Below, in pieces: positions 6,676 to 13,928 of a stretch of 18,616 bases of DNA. Under the pieces are notes generated by a model that was not told the DNA's origin, did not search any database, and saw nothing but the letters and a program-made list of their open reading frames with translations. Positions within the stretch are counted from its first letter, which is position 1, and the number at the start of each line of letters is the position of its first letter. Location: assembly GCA_038046805.1 (NCBI GenBank), contig JBBSVO010000003.1, forward strand, positions 1-18,616. The letters run 5' to 3'. Both the position numbers and the translations under genes were made by a program. This DNA is from Candidatus Micrarchaeota archaeon (GTDB taxonomy: Archaea > Micrarchaeota > Micrarchaeia > Anstonellales > Bilamarchaeaceae).

Positions 6676-7854
6676 ATGGGCAATGCATGCACGAAACCTG
6701 TTTTTGTAATCCATTTCGGAGAAATTGCTCTCAAGGGAAACAATCGCCCGGACTTCGAGACGCGGTTAGTCGGCAATATACAAAAGACTCTTGCCGGTGA
6801 AAATTACGAAAAAGTCCTGAGAACCGAAAGCCGCATTGTTCTTTATACAAATGAAAAATCCGACCGTGTACGCATTGCGGAAAAACTTCAAAAAGTATTT
6901 GGAATTGAGTGGTTCGCAGAAGCGCATGAGACAAACGCAGATATTGATGATATAAAAAACGCTGCCTGGGAATTGCGGGACAATATAAAAGGCACTCTGA
7001 AAGTTGATACAACCCGTTCTGACAAACGATTTCCGATGAAATCGATGGAAGTTAACAGGATTGTTGGGGAAGTTTTCCATGAAAGCGGAAAATACAAGAT
7101 TGATGTTAAAACTCCGGAAACGGTTATCGGAATAGAAATTTTGAACAAATCGGCGTTAATTTATTTCAACAAAATCCGTGGAGTTGGTGGATTACCTGTC
7201 GGATGTACGGGAAAAGTTGTTTGCCTTCTTTCAGGAGGTATAGATTCTCCTGTTGCAGCATGGATGATGATGAAACGCGGGTGCGTAGTTGAATTCATTC
7301 ATGCGTATGCACAGCCAGATATTGCGGAACTGAAAAAATCAAAGATGATGCAACTTGTTTCGGAATTAAAAGAATATAATTGCGGAAACAGTATGAAATT
7401 GCATGCAGTCCCATATTCCGCATTTTACGGGGCATCATTTTCAATGCCGCATAAAAAGGAACTGGTCCTTTTCCGCAGGTTTTTGTTGAAGGTGGCAAAC
7501 AGGATTGCAGCACAAAGTGGCACGGGCGGTGCTCTTGGAATAGTCACTGGAGATAATCTCGCTCAGGTCGCGTCGCAAACCCTTGAGAACCTGCATGCAA
7601 CTGATGAAGCAAGCGAATTGCCTGTTTATAGACCAGTGATTGGATTTGATAAAAAAGAGATAATTGAAATGGCAAAACGCATAGGAACATACGACTTATC
7701 TATTCAGGAATACAAGGACTGTTGCTCCCTGGTTGCGGCAAAGCATCCTAGCACAAAAATGAAACTTGAAGAAGCAAAGAAGATTGAGAAAGAATGCGGA
7801 ATGGAAAAGATTGTTGAGGAGACGATGGAAAAAATTGAGGAGATAAAGATTTGA
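6676..7854 (+). CDS. thiI: tRNA 4-thiouridine(8) synthase ThiI, short form without rhodanese domain
   Basis: GEIALKG N-terminus, THUMP domain, GGLPVG, PP-loop LLSGGIDSPVA, TGDNLAQVASQT, RPVIGFDK, DCC. Confidence 0.96.
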   Translation: MGNACTKPVFVIHFGEIALKGNNRPDFETRLVGNIQKTLAGENYEKVLRTESRIVLYTNEKSDRVRIAEKLQKVFGIEWFAEAHETNADIDDIKNAAWELRDNIKGTLKVDTTRSDKRFPMKSMEVNRIVGEVFHESGKYKIDVKTPETVIGIEILNKSALIYFNKIRGVGGLPVGCTGKVVCLLSGGIDSPVAAWMMMKRGCVVEFIHAYAQPDIAELKKSKMMQLVSELKEYNCGNSMKLHAVPYSAFYGASFSMPHKKELVLFRRFLLKVANRIAAQSGTGGALGIVTGDNLAQVASQTLENLHATDEASELPVYRPVIGFDKKEIIEMAKRIGTYDLSIQEYKDCCSLVAAKHPSTKMKLEEAKKIEKECGMEKIVEETMEKIEEIKI

Positions 7855-7879
7855 GTATAAAAAGTCTCTCTCCCCACAT

Positions 7880-8773
7880 TCAAATTTCCTCTTTTCTCGC
7901 ATGAACCCTTTCAATTTTTACGGCAATACCATGCGTTTTCTTGCTCTTATCATTAGCGCCCATATCCTCGGCAATCCATGTGCCAACGCCAATAAACGCT
8001 CCGCTCTCGGAATAGATTGAAACGAAATCTCCTTTTTTTATTCCGCCCTGGGCCGGGATAGGTGTAGAAACAATTCCCGGCAACGCTAACTGCGCTCCGT
8101 GACATATTGCACGGGCCGCGTCATTTTTTACTATGACTTTCTGGAATGAAATCAATGAATCTACTGGAATCAGCATTTTTCTAAGCACTGATTCGTCCTC
8201 TTTGTTCTTCCACAGCCAAACCGCATCAATTAGATCCTGCATAGTGTGGCATTGAGACTCTGGGATTGAACCAACTGCAACCCGACGCAGTTCCTCCATC
8301 CGTGCGCCACCTATCTTTTTTCCGGCTTCCGTGCAAATAGTCCGCATATAAGTTCCGGCATCAACTTTTGATTCAAAAAGAGCGAAATGCCCGCCTGTTT
8401 CAAGCACGCGGAGATAATGAACCGTCCGCCTTCTCGGAACCTTACGCACAGCGCTTATTTTCGGAGGAGTTTGTGTTATCGTCCCAACAAAACCAGCAAG
8501 CAATTTTTTTATTTCCGCTTCTGGAAGAATTTTTCTGAATTTGATAAGGCAGATATAGGTCTTATCCTTTGCCGCGATAAAGCGAAGCAGTTTCGTTGCC
8601 CTTCCGAGTGCAACAGGCAAAACTCCTGAAACATCTGGGTCAAGAGTGCCTGCATGCCCGGTGCGGCTCACTCCAAGAATCCGTTTAACCTGCGACGTAA
8701 CATCATGGCAGATATGACCGCATGGCTTATCTAATATAATTATACTATTATCGAGTAAAGTATGTATCTCCAT
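7880..8773 (-). CDS. cbf5: H/ACA RNA-guided pseudouridine synthase Cbf5 (TruB family) with PUA domain
   Basis: IILDKP, GHAGTLDP (catalytic Asp), QTPPKISAV, AGTYMRT, MEELRR, C-terminal PUA (AICHGAQLALPGI). The N-terminus is short. Confidence 0.94.
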   Translation of the reverse strand: MEIHTLLDNSIIILDKPCGHICHDVTSQVKRILGVSRTGHAGTLDPDVSGVLPVALGRATKLLRFIAAKDKTYICLIKFRKILPEAEIKKLLAGFVGTITQTPPKISAVRKVPRRRTVHYLRVLETGGHFALFESKVDAGTYMRTICTEAGKKIGGARMEELRRVAVGSIPESQCHTMQDLIDAVWLWKNKEDESVLRKMLIPVDSLISFQKVIVKNDAARAICHGAQLALPGIVSTPIPAQGGIKKGDFVSIYSESGAFIGVGTWIAEDMGANDKSKKTHGIAVKIERVHARKEEI

Positions 8774-9047
8774 CTTCAGACCTCGTCGAAAATTCTATTA
8801 CACAATACCTCTTAACACCAGCAAGATCAGACTCTCGTAAATTTCCATTAACAGCTCTTAAAAAGGCATCGAAGGCAGTTCGTTTGGTTTTGCAATACGC
8901 AACCACTTTATGATCTGAAGAGATACTTTTTACTGGAAGTATTGCATACCCTTTTTGGATTGGTTCTGACTGAGGAAGTCTAATAGGTAATGTTTTTGCA
9001 GCTCTGGCAACATCTTCCTCTTTTCTGAAAGGCAAACTCGACAACAT
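8748..9047 (-). CDS. Hypothetical protein (99 aa) between cmk and cbf5
   Basis: ATG lies 5 nt after the cmk stop and the ORF fills the gap in the same orientation, overlapping cbf5 by 26 nt. No recognisable motif. Confidence 0.55.
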   Translation of the reverse strand: MLSSLPFRKEEDVARAAKTLPIRLPQSEPIQKGYAILPVKSISSDHKVVAYCKTKRTAFDAFLRAVNGNLRESDLAGVKRYCVIEFSTRSEDGDTYFTR

Positions 9048-9052
9048 ACTAA

Positions 9053-9583
9053 TCAGCCCTTTGTAAACTTTTTCGTTTTCAGAAAGTCCATCACAACATC
9101 TGCAAGTTTTTCAGGTTTATTTTTCGAAGAATCCAGCTTCAGGTCAAAAAAATCAGTCTTGTAAATATCAATTCCATACACCTTAAGATATCGCTTTCGG
9201 TTCTGTTCATCACGCTCGTTAAGATGTGCAAGTGCCTTTTTTTCTGACATTTTATCCCGCCCGGAAATTCTCTTCGCGCGGACTTCGGGCGGCGCATCAA
9301 TGTAAACGGACACGTCCGCGTTGATTACCCATGGCCCGAGCCACGTGGTTATAACGCAATTGCCGCCTGCCGCGGCAACCTCTTCCTTGAGAAGTGCGTC
9401 AAACTTCAAATCGATATTCGGATCGTCCGCGGCCTTTTTCTGGAAATCCATGAGAGAGATCCCTTCTTTTTTTGCAAGATCCTTAAAAGTAGGACAAATC
9501 AGTTTGTAGCCCAGACGCTTCGCAAGAATGTCTCCAAGAGTATTTTTTCCGCTTCCGGTAAGACCGGAAATTGCGATTATCAT
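9053..9583 (-). CDS. cmk: Cytidylate kinase, archaeal type
   Basis: P-loop IAISGLTGSGKNT, VRAKRISGRD, RYLKVYGID. ATGA overlap with the upstream DUF106 gene and the conserved DUF106-cmk-cbf5 context. Confidence 0.9.
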   Translation of the reverse strand: MIIAISGLTGSGKNTLGDILAKRLGYKLICPTFKDLAKKEGISLMDFQKKAADDPNIDLKFDALLKEEVAAAGGNCVITTWLGPWVINADVSVYIDAPPEVRAKRISGRDKMSEKKALAHLNERDEQNRKRYLKVYGIDIYKTDFFDLKLDSSKNKPEKLADVVMDFLKTKKFTKG

Positions 9584-10467
9584 TTTGACTGCACCCCGAC
9601 ACTGGCACCTGCACCACTGGAATCTGCAGGCTTCTTCAGCTTATCCTTCAGCTTATTTATCTGGCCAAGAACCAAGGACGCGGAGATTCCAAAGATTATT
9701 GAAACGAAAATGAACCAGCCGTTAGGGTCGTTCAGCCGCTGGACATTTATTATCGGAATCGTAAATGGTAAATCAATATAAAACCATGTTCCACTGTTTA
9801 ATTTCGCTTCAACTGAAACATCGTTTCCTTTGGTCGGATTTGCATAAAGATATGCGGTTCCGCCATTCGGAACAAAACCGCTCGCAAACGATGTATTGAG
9901 AGCTCTATCCGCTGAAGGCTTTGCATAAAATGATTCCCCATTCTTTTTCCCATAGCTGAACCACGCATAATTCTCCTGGAGGATTTCCCCTCCGTTCTGA
10001 ACAGTAACATGTGCAAGCCACGGACCTGTAGCAGCAGTGGAAGCAGCAGGGATTATGCAAGAGGAAAACACGCCATCTCCGGCAAGCGCATCGCAACCCG
10101 CGCCGTCATCGATTAATTTTATCGTGAAATCATCTGCAACTGCGGGATCAAACGTATTTGCAATGAACATAAAACCAAAGAATGCTACAAGAATAATCGC
10201 CATTATTTTAAACTGTCCGAATAATGCCTTATTCATTATTGAAAAATTTGCCATCTGTTTTTGCATCACTTCGTCCACGCGTGCCTTGTTGTTTGCCTTT
10301 GTAGCTTCTTCAAACTCTTTTTGAAGCCTTTTCGAATTCTCCTGGAACTCCTTCATGTCTTTCTGGTTCCCGAATTTCTGTTGAACAAAACGGGAGAAAA
10401 CAGAATAGATCAAAGCGAGGACTGCCACAAATATAGTGTACGACTGAACGTCCGGAAAAAGAACCAT
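9580..10467 (-). CDS. DUF106 / EMC3-TMCO1 (Oxa1 superfamily) membrane protein with an inserted extracytoplasmic domain
   Basis: TM1, then a cytoplasmic coiled coil (MKEFQENSKRLQKEFEEA), TM2, a ~120-aa insert, then LPFTIP..GWFIFVSIIF (TM3). Position directly upstream of cmk is typical. Confidence 0.85.
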   Translation of the reverse strand: MVLFPDVQSYTIFVAVLALIYSVFSRFVQQKFGNQKDMKEFQENSKRLQKEFEEATKANNKARVDEVMQKQMANFSIMNKALFGQFKIMAIILVAFFGFMFIANTFDPAVADDFTIKLIDDGAGCDALAGDGVFSSCIIPAASTAATGPWLAHVTVQNGGEILQENYAWFSYGKKNGESFYAKPSADRALNTSFASGFVPNGGTAYLYANPTKGNDVSVEAKLNSGTWFYIDLPFTIPIINVQRLNDPNGWFIFVSIIFGISASLVLGQINKLKDKLKKPADSSGAGASVGVQSK

Positions 10468-10489
10468 GAACAGAAATCAGCGGAATGAG

Positions 10490-10498
10490 TTTAAATTA
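10490..10498. promoter_or_regulatory. Shared TATA box (TTTAAATT) for two divergent, probably leaderless genes
   Basis: TTTAAA (10490-10495) is 23 nt from ATG 10467(-) and 25 nt from ATG 10520(+). Confidence 0.55.
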
Positions 10499-10519
10499 GT
10501 TGCGATTGAAAATGAAAGT

Positions 10520-11155
10520 ATGGACAAAGAGGAAAACGCAAAAGAACAGGGAGAAGGGGACTGGATGATAGACTTCAGTCTCAGATTCCTGAAGCCATAC
10601 AAAAAATACATTTATGGAGCAGCAGTTGCACTCGGATTTATTGGTGTGATAATCTCATTAGTAATTGGACTCGCACTCACTAGTGTTGTTGATAAAGCCG
10701 AAAAATCAGCGATTCCGCAAATGGATAATCTTGCAGCGACATTTGGTGCAGTAGAAGGTTCAATGATCGCTATTGAAAACGAAACAGAAACCCTAAACAA
10801 AACCATTGGTGGATTGAAGGAGCCTCTTGGTTCTGTTGGAAAAATCGCAGATAGCATTTCGTCCATATCCACTCTTTTGGGGATTAATGGAAACGAATCC
10901 AAAAAACTTGGAAAGGCTATGGATGATATCGCAAAGGATATCCCGAAGCATCAGCAGAATCTTGGCCAGTTCAAGGAATCTGTGACAACGTTGAAAGGCT
11001 CACTCGGCGCACAAAAAGATATGGTTTTGAAGGCAAAAACAGATGTCCGCTCGGCATTCGGCTCAATGAAACTTGCGGCATTGCTTGGCGCTCTGGCATT
11101 AATCCTGATGTTCGGGATGTTAATACTAGTTGGGCTGGCGGGACTGGCGGAGTAG
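10520..11155 (+). CDS. Hypothetical membrane protein: N-terminal TM, long helical/coiled-coil region, C-terminal TM
   Basis: Hydrophobic segments IYGAAVALGFIGVIISLVIGLAL and LAALLGALALILMFGMLILVGLAGL flank heptad-like sequence. ATG 10520 is preferred over 10466, which collides with the divergent gene. Confidence 0.8.
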   Translation: MDKEENAKEQGEGDWMIDFSLRFLKPYKKYIYGAAVALGFIGVIISLVIGLALTSVVDKAEKSAIPQMDNLAATFGAVEGSMIAIENETETLNKTIGGLKEPLGSVGKIADSISSISTLLGINGNESKKLGKAMDDIAKDIPKHQQNLGQFKESVTTLKGSLGAQKDMVLKAKTDVRSAFGSMKLAALLGALALILMFGMLILVGLAGLAE

Positions 11156-11160
11156 CACCC

Positions 11161-11263
11161 GAGTTTTGAGTTTTGCGTCTTGATGAGCTGCGGATCGTTT
11201 TCAGTTTTGCAGATTACCAAACCGTTCCGGGTCTTGGGTTTCGCGTTATGAGTTCCGTGTTTA
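11161..11263 (+). repeat. Degenerate heptamer tandem repeats (consensus ~GNGTTYY)
   Basis: GAGTTTT GAGTTTT GCGTCTT (11161-11181) and CCGTTCC GGGTCTT GGGTTTC GCGTTAT GAGTTCC GTGTTTA (11222-11263). Confidence 0.7.
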
Positions 11264-11273
11264 GCCTAGATTA

Positions 11274-12443
11274 TCATTTTATTATTCCGCTCTGGAATAT
11301 ACTTGAAAACACAGAGGCTAGGTCAATTGTCCAACCCGGGGACAGAAGGAATTCCCGGAGCCTGGTTTTCTTGAGATTACCGGAAGAACCCCCAGAGGTT
11401 CCATAAATCGTGCCGGGGCACACCCCAGACGTGCAACCACTACCAGACACTGGTGTAACCACAGTATTATTAATACAAGCGCCATCTGTGCATGTAGAAG
11501 TGCCAGGGCATTTCAAAACCTTGGAGCTCACGCCGTCCCTATTGCTATTGCAATAGTACTCGATGATTTTATCTGAGCCATTACATGAATCCGCGTACGT
11601 CTTTGGCTTGCCAGATTTTGTAATGGTAACCGTCCCTTTCTTGCTAAGAACTTGACCTCCATCTGAGTCTGTGCATTCAACGGAGGTATAGATACAGGCA
11701 CCATCAGAGCACTTGTAACCACTAGGACAGGTTTCCATAGTCGATTTCATATAATTGTCCTCACAATAAAGCTCACTGACCTGTGTTGGCGAAGCGCAAG
11801 AATCAGAAGTTGAAGAATAAGCCCCAGATGTGTACACTATTCCACTAGTCGTCCCTTTAACAGATATATCCTTGCCATCGGAATCAGTGCATGTCGGAAC
11901 AGCAGGTTCTTTTTCACAGGCTCCTCCTTTGCAGACATAACCAGCATTACATTTTAAAGTCGTGGAATCCCAGTAAGGAGATCCTGCGCTACAATAGTAC
12001 TCAACGATCTGGTTTCCATCGCAGCCATCTGTTTTCGTTACTTTTGTTCCATTTTTATAATCCACAGTAACTGTTCCTTTCTTTCCTAAATATGAACCGT
12101 CATCAGTGTCAGTACAAGTAGCCTTCGGGGTTTCTTTTTTCACACATGCACCATTCTCGCAGACCTTCCCTTCCGGACAGGTCGTTTTTATCATTTTGTA
12201 ACCAGAGGGGGTGCAAACATACTCAACGAGTTGCTTATCAAACGGGTCAAATATGTCACAGGAATCCCCAAGCAAAAAAAACTGCCCTTCGGATGTCATT
12301 CCGCTCACTGAACCTTTCTTGTCAAGATTGTTGCCTCCGTCAGAATCATTACACGAAGCCGCGCTAAACGCAATTCCGACATTCAACAAAACAAACAGAA
12401 AAAACAAACTGACAAATCCGAAAAACGGACGGTTTGGATTCAT
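11274..12443 (-). CDS. Secreted/surface Cys-rich repeat protein 2 (4 six-cysteine repeats), paralog of 1573-3531
   Basis: Same signal peptide (MNPNxPFxGFxSxFFLFVLLNVGIA), four CxD(S/T)D..GAC repeats, and the same C-terminal motif SSGNLKKTxLREFLL. Confidence 0.9.
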   Translation of the reverse strand: MNPNRPFFGFVSLFFLFVLLNVGIAFSAASCNDSDGGNNLDKKGSVSGMTSEGQFFLLGDSCDIFDPFDKQLVEYVCTPSGYKMIKTTCPEGKVCENGACVKKETPKATCTDTDDGSYLGKKGTVTVDYKNGTKVTKTDGCDGNQIVEYYCSAGSPYWDSTTLKCNAGYVCKGGACEKEPAVPTCTDSDGKDISVKGTTSGIVYTSGAYSSTSDSCASPTQVSELYCEDNYMKSTMETCPSGYKCSDGACIYTSVECTDSDGGQVLSKKGTVTITKSGKPKTYADSCNGSDKIIEYYCNSNRDGVSSKVLKCPGTSTCTDGACINNTVVTPVSGSGCTSGVCPGTIYGTSGGSSGNLKKTRLREFLLSPGWTIDLASVFSSIFQSGIIK

Positions 12444-12488
12444 AAGCTCACAAGTAACATTAGGAATATAAAAATATAAGCATTACCC

Positions 12489-12560
12489 GAAACGGGAAAC
12501 GGGAAACACAAAACTGAGAACCAACTGAGCCCATGGCTCATTGCTCACGGCTCATTGCCA
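12489..12560. repeat. Two heptamer tandem tracts between Cys-rich gene 2 and the rps12 promoter
   Basis: GAAACGG GAAACGG GAAACAC AAAACTG (12489-12516) and GCCCATG GCTCATT GCTCACG GCTCATT GCCA (12529-12560). Confidence 0.75.
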
Positions 12561-12570
12561 GAATAAAGCC

Positions 12571-12577
12571 TTTTAAA
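12571..12577 (+). promoter_or_regulatory. TATA box (TTTTAAA) of the rps12-rps7-EF-2 unit
   Basis: Preceded by a purine-rich BRE-like GAATAAAG. It predicts a TSS near 12597, the first base of a long hairpin. Confidence 0.6.
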
Positions 12578-12596
12578 CCCTTATCCCTAACATAAT

Positions 12597-12726
12597 AGGC
12601 ACCCAGTTTAGAAGAAGCGTTACGCTTTTCGAATTTAAACAGGGTGTCTCGAGTTCTGGATTATCAGTCTCGATTAATTAGGATTAATTGAATTAGTTTA
12701 ACTCAATTAAACTATACTTAGGTGAT
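12597..12726 (+). promoter_or_regulatory. Structured 5' leader of rps12 with SD AGGTGAT
   Basis: Long interrupted hairpin at 12597-12649, an 8-bp hairpin TAGTTTAA-CTCAA-TTAAACTA at 12694-12714, and the SD at 12720-12726. Confidence 0.55.
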
Positions 12727-12729
12727 TTG

Positions 12730-13158
12730 TTGGCAAATGGAGAGTTCGCAGGAAGAAATCTTATACGAAAAAGGCACAAGCAGAGATGGTTATCCAAAAA
12801 ATGGAAGAGAAGGACGCTTCGATTAAAGTCGAAATTCGACCCGCTTGAGGGTGCGCCACAGGCAAAGGGAATTGTCCTTGAAAAGATAGTCCTTGAGCAA
12901 AAGCAGCCGCACTCTGGTCTTATCAAATGTGTCAGAGTACAGCTCATAAAAAACGGAAAGGTCGTAGCTGCACATGCGGTCAGGGACAAGGCAATAACAT
13001 TCATTGATGAGCACGACGAAGTGATCATTGCTGGACTAGGAGGATCACAAAGAGGACAGATGGGTTCAATACCTGGTGTCAGATACAAGGTTGTCTCTGT
13101 AAATAACACAGATCTCCAGATGCTCAGAAAAGGAAAGAAAGAGAAGCCAAAGAGATAA
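12730..13158 (+). CDS. rps12: 30S ribosomal protein uS12 (archaeal S12/S23)
   Basis: [56 protein letters not shown] start (12727 or 12730) after the GGTGA SD. Confidence 0.98.
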   Translation: MANGEFAGRNLIRKRHKQRWLSKKWKRRTLRLKSKFDPLEGAPQAKGIVLEKIVLEQKQPHSGLIKCVRVQLIKNGKVVAAHAVRDKAITFIDEHDEVIIAGLGGSQRGQMGSIPGVRYKVVSVNNTDLQMLRKGKKEKPKR

Positions 13159-13181
13159 TGGCTACATAAAGGCATGATTCT

Positions 13182-13790
13182 ATGAGTGAAAAATTGTTTG
13201 AGAAATATTCTCTGGAAGACGTGGAGATACGGGATAAAAGCCTGAAACAAGTGGTATCGCTTAAACCTATTTCGATTCCGTATTCCGCGGGAAGGCATGT
13301 GAAAAAGCCGCTTGGAAAGATGCATGTAAACATCGTTGAACGACTTGCGAACAAGCTCATGCGTGGCGGAACCGGTGAAAAAACATCTGGAAAAGTCATC
13401 CGCACACAGGGAAATCTTCAAGGAAAAAAACTCAAGGTTCTCAGAATCGTCGAAGAGGCATTTGATCTAGTTGCTGAAAAAACAAAAGAGAATCCGGTCC
13501 AGGTTCTCATAAAGGCACTCGAAAACTCTGCTCCACGAGAAGACGTAACCCGTGTATCATATGGGGGAGTCAGCTACCAGATTGCAGTAGATGTTTCGGC
13601 AACAAGAAGGCTGGACATGGCTCTGAGAAATATGGCACTTGCGGCAATAATGGGTGGATTCAACAAGCCAAAACCGCTTTCGGAAGCTCTTGCAGAGGAA
13701 ATGATAAACACTGCTAAAGGAGATATCCAAACAAGCTATGCCATGAAGAAAAGAGATGAAACAGAACGCATGGCTCGAAGTGCCCGTTAG
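13182..13790 (+). CDS. rps7: 30S ribosomal protein uS7 (archaeal)
   Basis: NIVERLANKLM, NPVQVLIKALENSAPRED, AVDVSATRRLD, KKRDETERMARSAR. Confidence 0.98.
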   Translation: MSEKLFEKYSLEDVEIRDKSLKQVVSLKPISIPYSAGRHVKKPLGKMHVNIVERLANKLMRGGTGEKTSGKVIRTQGNLQGKKLKVLRIVEEAFDLVAEKTKENPVQVLIKALENSAPREDVTRVSYGGVSYQIAVDVSATRRLDMALRNMALAAIMGGFNKPKPLSEALAEEMINTAKGDIQTSYAMKKRDETERMARSAR

Positions 13791-13885
13791 GCACTTCAAG
13801 TATCTCGAGCAAAGCTCTCGATGGCGAGAAGTGCGAGATAAACAAAGCGGAACAAAAATTATTTTTTTATTTTATCCGAAATTTT
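13777..13885 (+). terminator. Alternative hairpins plus oligo-T tract between rps7 and EF-2 (possible terminator/attenuator)
   Basis: GAAGTGCC-CGTTA-GGCACTTC spans the rps7 stop. A second GAAGTGC at 13828-13834 and TATCTCG/CGAGATA follow, then ATTATTTTTTTATTTTAT. Confidence 0.4.
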
Positions 13886-13928
13886 TATTTTATTCGTTTG
13901 ATTACAGAGGAAAAGGAGCGAGATTAAT

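Noticed and set aside
8700..8730. Heme/metal motif in Cbf5 (DKPCGHICHDV)
   Set aside because: The spacing is CxxxCH in a cytoplasmic enzyme at the motif-I position (usually KPxGPTSH). It is most simply sequence drift, with no further support.
1573..12443. Diversity-generating retroelement TR/VR pair
   Set aside because: No reverse transcriptase is present. The differences between paralogous segments are not adenine-specific and are largely synonymous.
12693..13421. 242-aa minus-strand ORF
   Set aside because: Antisense to rps12/rps7 with no recognisable motifs. The other short overlapping ORFs inside the long genes were rejected for the same reason.
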